Below are positions 12,431-24,197 of a DNA stretch of 64,000 nt, piece by piece. The notes under the pieces are model-generated. The model was not told where the DNA came from. It worked only from the letters and a program-made list of their open reading frames with translations, and did not search any database. The DNA is from Octopus sinensis (Eukaryota), in assembly GCF_006345805.1 (NCBI RefSeq), contig NC_043003.1, positions 11,842,001 through 11,906,000 on the forward strand, given 5' to 3'. Numbering within the stretch: the first letter of the stretch is position 1; each line of letters opens with the position of its first letter. The translations under genes and the position numbers were made by a program.

Positions 12431-13297
12431 ATCATTTCTTGTTTTCTTCGCCTGGCCCTAAAGCCATATTCTGTTTATTTATTTCGCTTTTTTGTCCCTC
12501 GTCCGTCCACTAATAGTCTCGTCTCGAATTTGCTTTAATTCATTTTCGTTTGTCCATTTCCGTATCCCTTATTCATCTTTGTTTGTCCGTCTCGTTTTGT
12601 TTTGTTGCTTTGGTCGCACTCCCAGCAAGTTCTCTTGCTGGTTGCCTCCAAAGTGGAAGCTATATTATCGATAATGACACGAAATTGCGCTCGACACCCT
12701 GGCCAATATCTGATGAGGGGTTGGTGACCTGTGTTTGCTCTCCGTTTATCTGTGCATTTAGTATACGTTTTTCAACTTAACCTCCTGTGTCTTTTTCTCG
12801 TTCGTTTGTTTATTACTGTACGTGTTTGACTTCTGAAAATCTTATTAACGTAATACAACGCACTCCTTATTTTTGACCCATTATATCCATACATATATAC
12901 ATGCATAGATTTATTTTTACCTACGCACCCCTTTGATTACTATTTTGCTCTAGTGAACCTCCATTACTTCTCAATGCTTAAAAACTAGTCTTATAGAAGC
13001 TTCTTTCAAAATTCGTATTTTGTTTGTCACACATTAACTTAAGTAGTTCGAACTATGTAAAACATTAAAGACGGCGGTAATAAAGATGGCGATGATGATG
13101 ATGATGACAATGACGATGACGATGATGATGATGATGACGACGATGACAATAACGTTGGGTTTGGTTGCCACGATGATGGATACGGTAACTGAGGAGTGGA
13201 AAGAATGTGGAGTTGCCGGCCGTAAAGGGATGGACAGTCACGAGGTCACTGAGGTCAGAACTAAGGAAGGGATGGAGGTCTTATTTTTGATGGTGTC

Positions 13298-13365
<68 letters not shown>

Positions 13366-13412
13366 TAATAATAATGATAATAATAATGATAATAATAATA
13401 ATAATAATAAAA
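13298..13412. repeat. (TAA)n microsatellite
   Basis: Direct reading. Confidence 0.97.
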
Positions 13413-13484
13413 ATAAAAATATATAACAATTCCGCTGTGGCTAAGTCCTTTTTTACTTGATGTTTTTCGGCTTTTCCAACGAAT

Positions 13485-13797
13485 AAACTTTCAAAATACA
13501 AAGATCTGGAAATAGAGGTAACCAGAATGTGGAATCTAAAAACAGAAACAATTCCTATCATAATAGGTGCATTAGGCATGATAAAAAAATATTCAGACAA
13601 ATACATAACAAAAACACCAGGACTTACAAACACATATAACATACAGAAAATTGCACTACTAGGCACTGCACACATCCTACGCAGAACACTTTCCATACAA
13701 TAACCATCAGAGCATCACAACAAATCACAGCACATACCCAGGCACACAGAGCTGCGCTCGGTAGTGAAGTGAAAGCACGCTATAAAAAATAAAACTA

Positions 13798-13800
<3 letters not shown>
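13485..13800 (+). mobile_element. 5'-truncated R4/Dong-type retrotransposon 3' end in (TAA)n
   Basis: 13485-13703 reads KLSKYKDLEIEVTRMWNLKTETIPIIIGALGMIKK...QKIALLGTAHILRRTLSIQ*, the RLE C-terminus; followed by 3' UTR and (TAA)n; R4/Dong elements are known to target (TAA)n. Confidence 0.88.
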
Positions 13801-13849
<49 letters not shown>

Positions 13850-13874
13850 TAATAATAATAATAATATAATAATA

Positions 13875-13910
<36 letters not shown>
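13800..13910. repeat. (TAA)n switching to (TTA)n (tail-to-tail tracts)
   Basis: Direct reading; orientation switch near 13876. Confidence 0.95.
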
Positions 13911-14039
13911 GAGTGAGAGAGCAGTTCATGCCATCAAAGTGACACTGGGGTAAAATATACGAAGCCCAATATACCCATCATGACAACCCGTCTGATAAAG
14001 GTACACCAGGCACATGCATCACAACCATATGTGCGCGAC

Positions 14040-14040
<1 letters not shown>
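13911..14040 (-). mobile_element. Family E 3' end, flanked by (TAA)n on both sides
   Basis: Matches 33421-33540 and 6865-6945. Confidence 0.8.
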
Positions 14041-14081
<41 letters not shown>

Positions 14082-14339
14082 GTTTGACTTTTACTTTGTA
14101 TTTGTACAAGTTGACTCCAAGTCTCACCCAAAGACCTCAAGAGACAGCAAGTTCAAGTTGGTATTATGACTAGCGTCCCTTATTTTTGGTTTTGCACAGA
14201 GTAAACAGTTCTAGAGAATGTCTGTAAAAACTTAAGAAAATTAGTAGTTTGTTTTAAAAGTAATTTGATTACGAGATGATAATGTGATGTTAAGATGACA
14301 ATAAAAGGTGTAGGGCTGAAGATAATCACTTTTCCCTTT

Positions 14340-14577
14340 GGCCATGCCATCATGAACTTTTTCAAGTTTCACTTGAAGAGGAAAATGATGGTGGAAAGAG
14401 AGGTTCTTCCCCGCCAGTAATATTGTTAAAAGGTGGAGGAATGTCGCAAGAATGGTCTGAGTGAATGGGCCTACTCTGAGTATGCACCTGTAGACAAAGT
14501 GGAGAGGGTGCTTACCCAGGTGGTCAGGACTGACGGGGATTTGTAGGGTTTCCACGAGCAGTCCGGGGATGTCTCCC
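14340..14577 (+). mobile_element. Degraded L1/Tx1-like ORF2 C-terminus
   Basis: FKFHLKRKMMVEREVL with downstream stops resembles Tx1-type ends (FF..HL..K...ER..L); from memory only. Confidence 0.4.
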
Positions 14578-14781
14578 TCTTTCAGTCATTTGATTGCGGC
14601 CATGCTGGAACAGCGCCGTAAAGGTTTGTTTTTTTAATCGAAGAAAGCCACCCCAGGACTTATTCTTTGAAAGCTTAGTACTTATTTTATCGGTCTGTTT
14701 TGCCGAACCGCTAGATTTCGGGGACATGAAGACACCAATATCGATTGTCAACACAGAAACAGACACACACATACACACACA

Positions 14782-14860
<79 letters not shown>

Positions 14861-14880
14861 GCACGCACACACACACACAC
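14578..14880 (-). mobile_element. SINE-A 3' half with expanded (CA)n, head missing
   Basis: 3' body match followed by about 120 bp (CA)n. Confidence 0.8.
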
Positions 14881-14968
14881 ATAGTTAGTTGAGGTGTGTT
14901 CCGTTAAGAACGTATGAGAGTACAAATAGAGCGTGTTCACCCTTAGAATTCCCAAATATATACATATA

Positions 14969-15136
14969 GGCGCAGGAGTGGCTGTGGGGTAAGTAGCTTG
15001 CTAACCAACCACATGGTTCCGGGTTCAGTCCCACTGCGTGGCATCTTAGGCAAGTGTCTGCTGCTATAGCCTCGGGCCGACCAAAGCCTTGTGAGTGAAT
15101 TTGGTAGACGGAAACTGAAAGAAGCCCGTCGTATAT

Positions 15137-15182
<46 letters not shown>

Positions 15183-15400
15183 TGTGTGTGTTTGCGTGTG
15201 TGTGTTTGTCCCCCTAGCATTGCTTGACAACCGATGCTGGGTGTTTACGTGCCCGTTACTTAGCGGTTCGGCAAAAAGAGACCGATAGAATAAGTACTGG
15301 GCTTACAAAGAATAAGTCCCGGGGTCGATTCGCTCGACTAAAGGCGGTGCTCCAGCATGGCCGCAGTCAATGACTGAAACAAGAAAAGAAAAAAAAAGAA
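14969..15400 (+). mobile_element. SINE-A, full length
   Basis: All modules present, little divergence. Confidence 0.92.
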
Positions 15401-15455
15401 AAGAAAAATATAATGATTAATAACGTTTATTAATCTTCTCTCCATCTCTCTTGGT

Positions 15456-15529
<74 letters not shown>

Positions 15530-15530
<1 letters not shown>

Positions 15531-15593
15531 GCCCTAGGAGTCGGGAAGACAATCGGCAAGAGATGGAAGCAAATTTGAAAGAAGAAAAAAAAA

Positions 15594-15600
<7 letters not shown>
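15530..15600 (+). mobile_element. Very short 3' end of a second R4/Dong subfamily between (TAA)n tracts
   Basis: GCCCTAGGAGTCGGGAAGAC..GCAAGA.ATGGAAGCAAAT repeated at 15878-15955. Confidence 0.75.
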
Positions 15601-15623
<23 letters not shown>

Positions 15624-15627
<4 letters not shown>

Positions 15628-15955
15628 CAGTGATCGTAGGAGCACTAGGAATGATCAAGAAGGGAACCGAAAATTATATGAGAATGATCTCTGGCTTACC
15701 ATCCCTGCAAGAAGTGCAAAAGATTGTCTTAACTGGTACATCACACGTATTGAGAAGAGCATTGTCGATGTGAGAACTGTTGCTGCTCATGCATTTTAAT
15801 TTAACTTAAAAAAAAAAAAAATGAACGAACTATTGAGTTGGTTTAATGGCCTACCAATGTATACTATGAGTTTTTTGCCCTAGGAGTCGGGAAGACACTC
15901 GCCAAGAAATGGAAGCAAATTGAACGAAGCAAAAAAAAATAATAATAATAATAAT
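15624..15955 (+). mobile_element. 5'-truncated R4/Dong-type 3' end (second subfamily)
   Basis: 15624-15773 reads IPVIVGALGMIKKGTENYMRMISGLPSLQEVQKIVLTGTSHVLRRALSM*; (TAA)n on both sides. Confidence 0.85.
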
Positions 15956-16017
15956 ATGTGCGTGTGTGTGTGTGCCTTGGATATTTTTATTCCTCTGAGG
16001 TTTATAAATCCTCACTG

Positions 16018-16065
<48 letters not shown>

Positions 16066-16109
16066 TATGTATGTATGTATGTATGTATGTATGTATGTAT
16101 GTATGTATA

Positions 16110-16265
16110 TACGGCGGGTACCTTTCAGTTCCGTCTACCAAATCACTCACAAGGCTATAACTTCATCCTGAAGCTATAGTGGAAGACATCTGCCCAAGGT
16201 GCCACGCAGTTGGCGTGAACCCGGAACCATATGGTTGGGAAACAAGCTTCTTACTACACGCCCAC
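16110..16265 (-). mobile_element. SINE-A 5' half, followed by (TA)/(TATG) tract
   Basis: Head and 5' body match. Confidence 0.75.
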
Positions 16266-16456
16266 AATGATTTCTATATTTATATTGTATTTCCTATGCT
16301 GTAATGAAATGTGTAATATGGAATTTAAAATACACCAAATTTTCAAGTTTTTGTTTCAATATTTATATACGCAGTAAATATTATGATTCAGCGGGGTTTC
16401 AATCAGTATGTATGATTTTCTCATTTACAATAGAACATCTACATACATGTATGTAT

Positions 16457-16920
16457 AGGCGCAGGAGTGGCAGTATGGTAAGAAGCTTGCTTCCGAACCA
16501 TATGGTTCCGGGTCCACTCCAAGTGCGTGGCCACATGGTCCGAATCACATGGTCCCAGGGTCAGTCCCACTGAGTGGCACCTTGGCTAAGTGTCTTCTAC
16601 TGTAGCCTGAGGCCGACCAAAGCTTTGTGAATGGATTTGGTTGACGGAAAATGAAAGAAGCCTGTCGCATATATATATATATATATATATATAGTGTGTG
16701 TGTGTGTGTGTGTGTGTCTGTGTCTGTGTTTGTCCCCCCAACATTGCTCGACAACCGATAGTAGTGTGCTTACATTCCCGTAACTTAGCGACAAAAGAGA
16801 CCGATAGAATAAGTACTAGGCTTACAAAGAATAACTTCTACGGTCGATTTGTCCGGCTACAGGCGGTGCTCCAGCATGGCCGCAGTCAAATGACTGAAAC
16901 AAGTAAAAGAATAAAAGAAA
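16457..16920 (+). mobile_element. SINE-A with partly duplicated head
   Basis: CATATGGTTCCGGG...CACATGGTCCCAGGG repeated in head; body and tail present. Confidence 0.88.
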
Positions 16921-17024
16921 AAAAGAGAATGCATTTAATTAATGGAATGTGCAGATGAGCTTCGCGAGGACACAGCTTAGATTATAACCCATTAGACTAC
17001 ACTACACTCACACACACACACACA

Positions 17025-17074
<50 letters not shown>

Positions 17075-18237
17075 AATATATATAGGTAAACGACATGATT
17101 TGGGTAAGAATTATTTATTTAGCACTTTCATTACTTTTAGAAATTCATCATGAATGAATTGTTAAAGAAAATTCATTCCTTTACTTCTATTAAAAATCAT
17201 TCTTGATGAATCCTTTTAATGGACGAAAGCCCTAAATATCCAATTCCTACTTCCTTTTTCTCAATATATAAAATCTGTACATAATAAGAATTCCATAAAT
17301 TCTTATTTTGGTTTCGTATTTTGACATCCTTACTTCTTAACCTCTTATCCCTTATAAATTATTAATTTTCTTGTTCTTAAATAGATATTTTTCAGTTATA
17401 TGAGATATTTATACTATATCCATATAAATATTGTGTATGTGTATATATGCATATATGTACATAGATCAATGTATATGTAGTTGTATGCACCTTTACATTT
17501 TTCTGATTCATGGCTTAAAATTAATAGATAGCACATATATCTTTCCAGTTATTCCATAAGTAAATGCCCTGAACCACCTAATGATTAATTAATTAATTAA
17601 TATTAAACTGATTTTATGTAATCTTCCTGTTTAATGTTTATAATTGATTTATACACACCTTTTACCTCTTTTGGTTATGATATCATTTTTGAAATTGTTA
17701 AATTTTATCTTTATACAACTAAACAATATTGTTTACAAACAATCTCCTCTAAATTGTGTCTCTAAATAAAATTTACTTTGTATTAACATCATAGGTTTCT
17801 TAGCGTCTTGCCCCTTTAACTGGTAATTAGCATCATGATTTAAAGTCTACCTCTACCCTGCCTCTTTTTATAAACAGTTACTTATATCCAACTGACTACA
17901 CCAAATGTCTTATTTCCTCCCTGGAGAAAAGGATACATATGATAACATTTATGACCATACCTAGCCATGAGCTGTCAACACCCTCTTGTCCTTTATTCAA
18001 AATAGACACAGTCTTCTAGTCTTTAGATTTAGTAGTTGATAAAGAGATAAATGAATTCGAAATTAATTACAATCATTTACAACTCTATGACCCCACTATG
18101 CTCCATGCAATTCTTAGACGTGTAGTCTATTCTTAGCTACAATAACAATAACATGAATTTCTTCCATCTTCTTGCTCTGTTAAAATATTTGAGAAAAATT
18201 ATATTGTCCAAATTGTTAAAATTCCATTTATTTATTT

Positions 18238-18325
18238 GTGCAGCTGAAGATGGCACTACATTTAAATTGATGTAATGATTGCATTGTTTAATTAAATGGA
18301 GTCGCTTGAAACGGTCGTACTGCAT
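18238..18325 (+). ncRNA. Type I hammerhead ribozyme motif, near-intact
   Basis: GTGCAG-CTGAAGA-[long stem II including CATTTAA/TTAAATG]-GAAAC-GGTC-GTA-CTGCAT; stems I and III pair; first stem II pair mismatched. Confidence 0.65.
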
Positions 18326-18563
18326 TACTACTTGATATCTTGTTGCTTATTTGATTTTATTCACCTTCGAACCTATCCAGATAATACCGGACTGACTTGG
18401 TGCTTCAACTAAGTACCTAATTCATACGAATCTATATATATATACATATATATGTATGTGTAATATATGTATATATATATATGTATACATATATATGTAT
18501 GTGTATATATATATGTTATATATAAATAATATGTATACATATTTATGTATGTGTATATATATG

Positions 18564-18625
<62 letters not shown>

Positions 18626-19012
18626 ACATTACAAATACACATATATATATGTATACATATATACACACACGCACATATATGTATAGTACATTTATATACA
18701 CACACACACCACATATATATATGTGTATACATATTTATATGTGTGCGTGTGTTTGTGCACGCGTGCAACTGTTTCAAGTACAGTACGAAGTACAGTGTAT
18801 TTTGACAACACTTGAATTTTAACTGAAAGCTAAAATGCAGTCAACTGCTATCGGCAGAAGTAGGCTACCTGTAAAACTTAAAGGTGTGCACACATTTAAA
18901 AGTATACACATGGATGTAAATCTATATTAAAGGCAGTAAGGGTTAATTTCCGTTTTTTTACCCTAGAAATAAAATATATATATATATTTCTTTTTTATTC
19001 CTTGATGGAAGG

Positions 19013-19205
19013 AAGGCGGCGGGTGAAATGCATAGCCGTATTTTGTCTGTCTTTATGTTCTGAGTTCAAATTCCTCCGAGTTCGACTTTGCCTTTCATCA
19101 TTTCGGGGTCGATAAATTAAGTATCAGTTGCGTACTGGGGTCGATCTAATCGACTGACCCCCTCCCCCAAAATTTCGGACCTTGTGTCTAGAGTAGAAAA
19201 GAAAA
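19013..19205 (+). mobile_element. SINE-C
   Basis: Head, core and CCCCAAAATTTCGGACCTTGTG..AGTAGAAA tail. Confidence 0.82.
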
Positions 19206-19697
19206 AAAATTTCTTAATGGAAGGATCCGCATTCTGCGTTAGATATTTCAAATAATTTTTTGTTTGAAAAAAAATGATTGGTATTTTTATCAAAATATCT
19301 ATATTTTATTGAAGATATTTGTATTTTAGTTAACAAAGAGTTCAACGTAAGGGAGAGTATGTATTTATAATGCCCCTCAGATTTTCTGGTTTTCCCCGAA
19401 TTCGTTAAGGTACTCTCCTATTTCACAGAAGTTCAATGTGTTCGGGATTTCCGGCATCTTTTCTTGTTATCTTGACGATTCGGGAGGGGAAAACTGTATG
19501 TCACGTGAATGATTTCGCTTTCAGCTTCGCTGAGTGTCTGTGCGCGTGCGTATGTTGTGTGTGTGTGTGAGAGAGAGAGAGAGATAGAAAGAAAGAAAGG
19601 AGAGAAATAAAAAAAAGAGTATGTATGCGTGTGTTTATGCATTATGTGTGTCATTATATATATCTGTATCTGTGATTATGTATAGCTCACACACACA

Positions 19698-19765
<68 letters not shown>

Positions 19766-19954
19766 TACAGAAAAACAGACATAAATAGCGGTTGTGTGTG
19801 TGTGTGAAACCTAAATATGTTTATCTGCATTACTGCCACTCCCTCTCTCTCTCTCTTTCTCTTCCCCCTCTCTCTTTCTCTTCTACCCTCTCTCTCTTTC
19901 TCCCACCCTCTCTCGCTCTCTCTCCCTCACTTTCTCTCTCTCTATATATATCTA

Positions 19955-20410
19955 TTACTCTTTTACTTGTTTCAGTCATTTGACTGCGGCATGCTGGAGC
20001 ACCGCCTTAGTCGAGCAAATCGACTCCAGGACTTATTCTTTGTAAGCCTAGTATTTTTTTATCGATCTCTCTTTTTGCCGAACGCTAAGTTACGGGGACC
20101 CTAAACCATACCAGCGGCGGTTGTCAAGCGATGTTGGGGCACAAACACAGACCCACAACACACACACACACTCACCACACCCACACACACACACATATAT
20201 ATATATATACTATATATATATATATCTATATATATTATATACACATACATATACGGACAGGCTTCTTTCAGTTTCCGTCTACCAAATCTACTCACAAGGC
20301 TTTGGTCGGCCGAGGCTATAGTAGAAGACACTTGCCCAAGGTGCCACGCAATGGGACTGAACCCGGAACCATATGGTCGGTAAGCAAGCTACTTACCACC
20401 CAACCACGCC
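19955..20410 (-). mobile_element. SINE-A, full length
   Basis: All modules present. Confidence 0.88.
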
Positions 20411-20640
20411 TGAGACACCACAACACACACACACACACACACACAGTGGGGGAGAAAGGAAGAGAGAGCAAGTTTATATTATTAGTTTCTACGTACGTTT
20501 CACCATTGTGGTTGCTTGCGGCTCTGTATTGGATGCTCTAAGTGCAAGGGAATGATTAACCACAACGGATCATCAGGAAACACTTTATTGCGTTCTGTTA
20601 CGAGGAAGTAATGTCTAAGTTCTCTGTAACATAATGCATT

Positions 20641-22280
20641 AATGTGCTCCCTTATTATCCGTTGTGATTAAGCACCGAATTGCACCCAACTGCAGAGGTT
20701 CCAAAGAATGTGATCCCTTATTATCCGTTGTGGTTAAGCACTGAATTGCACCTAACTTCAGAGGTCCCAAAGAATGTGATCCCTTATGATCCGTTGTGGT
20801 TAAGCACCGAATTGCACCTAACTTCAGAGGTCCCAAAGAATGTGATCCCTTATTATCCGTTGTGGTTAAGCACCGAATTGCACCTAACTTCAGAGGTCCC
20901 AAAGAATGTGATCCCTTATCATCCGTTGTGGTTAAGCACCGAATTGCACCTAACTTCAGAGGTCCCAAAGAATGTGATCCCTTATCATCCGTTGTGGTTA
21001 AGCACCGAATTGCACCTAACTTCAGAGGTCCTAAAGAATGTGATCCCTTATGATCCGTTGTGGTTAAGCATCGAATTGCACCTAACTTCAGAGGTCCCAA
21101 AGAATGTGATCCCTTATGATCCGTTGTGGTTAAGCACCGAATTGCACCTAACTTCAGAGGTCCCAAAGAATGTGATCCCTTATGATCCGTTGTGGTTAAG
21201 CATCGAATTGCACCTAACTTCAGAGGTCCCAAAGAATGTGATCCCTTATTATCCGTTGTGGTTAAGCACCGAATTGCACCTAACTTCAGAGGTCCCAAGA
21301 ATGTGATCCCTTATGATCCTTGTGGTTAGCACCGAATTGCCCTAACTTCAGAGGTCCCAAAGAATGTGATCCCTTATGATCCGTTGTGGTAAGCACCGCA
21401 TTGCACCTAACTTCAGAGGTCCCAAAGAATGTGATCCCTTATTATCCGTTGTGGTTAAGCACCGAATTGCACCTAACTTCAGAGGTCCCAAAGAATGTGA
21501 TCCCTTATCATCCGTTGTGGTTAAGCATCGAATTGCACCTAACTTCGAGGTCCCAAGAATGTGATCCCTTATGATCCGTTGTGGTTAAGCATCGAATTGC
21601 AACCTAACTTCAAGGTCCCAAAGAATGTGATCCCTTATTATCCGTTGTGGTTAAGCACCGAATTGCACCTAACTTCAGAGGTCCCAAAGAATGTGATCCC
21701 TTATGATCCGTTGTGGTTAAGCACCGAATTGCACCTAACTTCAGAGGTCCCAAAGAATGTGATCCCTTATTATCCGTTGTGGTTAAGCACCGAATTACAC
21801 CTAACTTCAGAGGTCCCAAAGAATGTGATCCCTTATTATCCGTTGTGGTTAAGCACCGAATTGCACCCAACCTCAGAGGTCCCAAAGAATGTGATCCTTT
21901 ATGATCCGTTGTGGTTAAGCACCGAATTGCACCTAACTTCAGAGGTCCCAAAGAATGTGATCCCTTATGATCCGTTGTGGTTAAGCACCTAATTGCACCT
22001 AACTTCAGAGGTCCCAAAGAATGTGATCCCTTATGATCCGCTGTGGTTAAGCACCGAATTGCATCTAACTTCAGAGGTCCCAAAGAATGTGATCCCTTAT
22101 GATCCGTTGTGGTTAAGCATCGAATTGCACCTAACTTCAGAGGTCCCAAAGAATGTGATCCCTTATTATCCGCTGTGGTTAAGCACCGAATTGCACCCAA
22201 CTGCAAAGGTTCCAAATAATGTGATCCCTTATTATCCGTTGTGGTTAAACACCGAATTGCACCCAAGTGTAGAGGTTCCA
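20641..22280. repeat. Tandem array of about 25 x 66-bp units
   Basis: Unit ATGTGATCCCTTATTATCCGTTGTGGTTAAGCACCGAATTGCACCTAACTTCAGAGGTCCCAAAGA; highly homogeneous; single-base indels cluster at about 21296-21615. Confidence 0.97.
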
Positions 22281-22847
22281 GACAGCCTCAACGGTGAAAC
22301 GTACGTTGGAACAAATGTTATAAACCTGTACTTTCTCCCACATTTCCTTGGTATATCATAACTAGTAAAGATATCGAGATCACCAGTTTAAGCGAACTAG
22401 ATAGTTGAATTCTGGTTGTCAGTTCAAATGTTGAAGTTATCTAGGGTTCAACGGTTCAACTATCAAGATCAGTTAATTTAAGTAGATAATAATGTGTGTT
22501 GGTGCAACAGCTCTGCAAGGTTTTAATTGAAAACAAACTGAATATGTTGTGGATATGTTATATGTGACGTTTAAATCTTTTCTTTAATGGTGTTCTCTTG
22601 CAACATGAAGTAGTCAATAGAACAAGTATTATCGAAAGCAAAAGATCAGAGTCGCATTATTTTGATCAATACTTCTTTTATTTTATAGAGATAAATAATT
22701 ACAATTGCAAAATATTTATCAGGAGTAAACATTTTCTTTTTTTTTTCTAATAACTTGTCGTGAAGAGATGGCAAGAATAAAATTACTTAACTAATTCATC
22801 AAAGTATTCTAAGGAAAAAAGTTTAGATCAATGACTTAAGGTCACAA

Positions 22848-23239
22848 TCTCTCTATATATAATGCTGAAGTTGTCTGTGTGTGGCAGGTTTGGTAGCCTT
22901 CAACTAACACTATCTCTTTCGAGACCCTGCGGCGCAAGTTGACCAAAATTGAGAGTATGATAGAAGATGGCTTGTTCTTCCTTCCGTAGAAGAAAAAATT
23001 CAAATCGGACCATGTCAACACCAAAAACTATTTACATCAAAAAGGTGCTTTTTTTGCTATGAAAATCCCTATTTTATACGACTTTTGACTGCTGTGTCGC
23101 CATTTTTCGGTGTATTTCAACCAGATAAATGTTCACTTAAAGAGAATAACAAGCTACATAATGCAAAATTATTACTTTTCAAAAATTCCAATTCTAAAGG
23201 GTCGAAACAAACCCAGGCAACGCCGGGCTATACTGCTAG
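22848..23239 (+). mobile_element. Non-autonomous Helitron
   Basis: 5' TC(TC)TATATATAATG..., 3' hairpin CCCAGGCAACGCCGGG then CTAG, inserted between A and T. Confidence 0.75.
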
Positions 23240-23471
23240 TAGAGAATAATGCCATGTCTATTACGTTAGTGTTAGAGACATTTCAACACTATGAGACATG
23301 CAAAGTTGTGAGTGACATAACTTCGTCACTAAAAAAAAACATGGAATAATTGTGGTTTTTATAACAATCATTGGAAATTTCTAGAAGCACCCAGAAACAA
23401 TCTTTTGGAATAATTTTCGCTCAAAAACCAAGACGGCTTCGGTTAGTATATTTTTCAACCAGTGAAATGAG

Positions 23472-24190
23472 TTCTGGCAGAAACGTTAGCATGCCGGGCA
23501 ACAAGCTTAGCGGTATTTCGTCTGCCGTTACGTTCTGAGTTCAAATTCCGCTGAGGTCGACTTTGCCTTTCATCCTTTCGGGGTCGATTAAATAAGTACC
23601 AGTTACGCACTGGAGTCGATATAACCGACTTAATCCTTTTTTCTGTCCTTGCTTGTCCCCTCTGTGTTTAGCCCCTCGTGGGCAGTAAAGAAGTAGGCAT
23701 TTCGTCTGCCGTTACGTTCTGAGTTCAAATTGCGCCGAGGCCGACTTTGCTTTTCATCCTTTCGGGGTCGATTAAATAAGTACCAGTTACGCACTGGGGT
23801 CGATATAATCGACTTAATCCTTTTGTCTGTCCTTGCTTGTCCCCTCTGTGTTTAGCCCCTCGTGGCAGTAAAGAAATAGGCATTTCGTCTGCCGTTACGT
23901 TCTGAGTTCAAATTCCGCCGAGGTCGACTTTGCCTTTCATCCTTTCGGGGTCGATAAATTAAGTACCAGTTACGCACTGGGGTCGATATAATCGACTTAA
24001 TCCGTTTGTCTGTCCTTGTTTGTCTTCTCTGCGTTTAGCCCCTCGTGGATAGTAAAGAAATAAGGTATTTTGTCCGTCTTTATGTCCTGAGTTTAGATTC
24101 CCTCGAAGTCCACTTTGCCTTATATTATTTCGGAGTCGATAAAAAAAAGTACTACTTCACGCACTAGGGTTGATGTAATCGACTATCTTC
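23472..24190 (+). mobile_element. SINE-B tetramer (one head, three B units, one diverged unit)
   Basis: Units of about 184 bp start near 23513, 23698, 23881 and 24065. Confidence 0.92.
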
Positions 24191-24197
24191 GTCTTGT

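Noticed and set aside
13424-13484. Twin-priming style inversion at the 5' end of the Dong fragment
   Set aside because: Neither strand gives a peptide I can tie to R4/Dong proteins.
14969-15045. tRNA genes at SINE heads
   Set aside because: A/B boxes are present but heads run directly into SINE bodies in many copies and no complete cloverleaf is evident.
20641-22280. CRISPR-like array
   Set aside because: Units are contiguous with no unique spacers, no cas genes are present, and the context is eukaryotic.
22842-23024. Exon or GIY-YIG-like peptide on the minus strand
   Set aside because: The region lies inside a Helitron-type element with clear TC and CTAG ends; the peptide similarity is weak.
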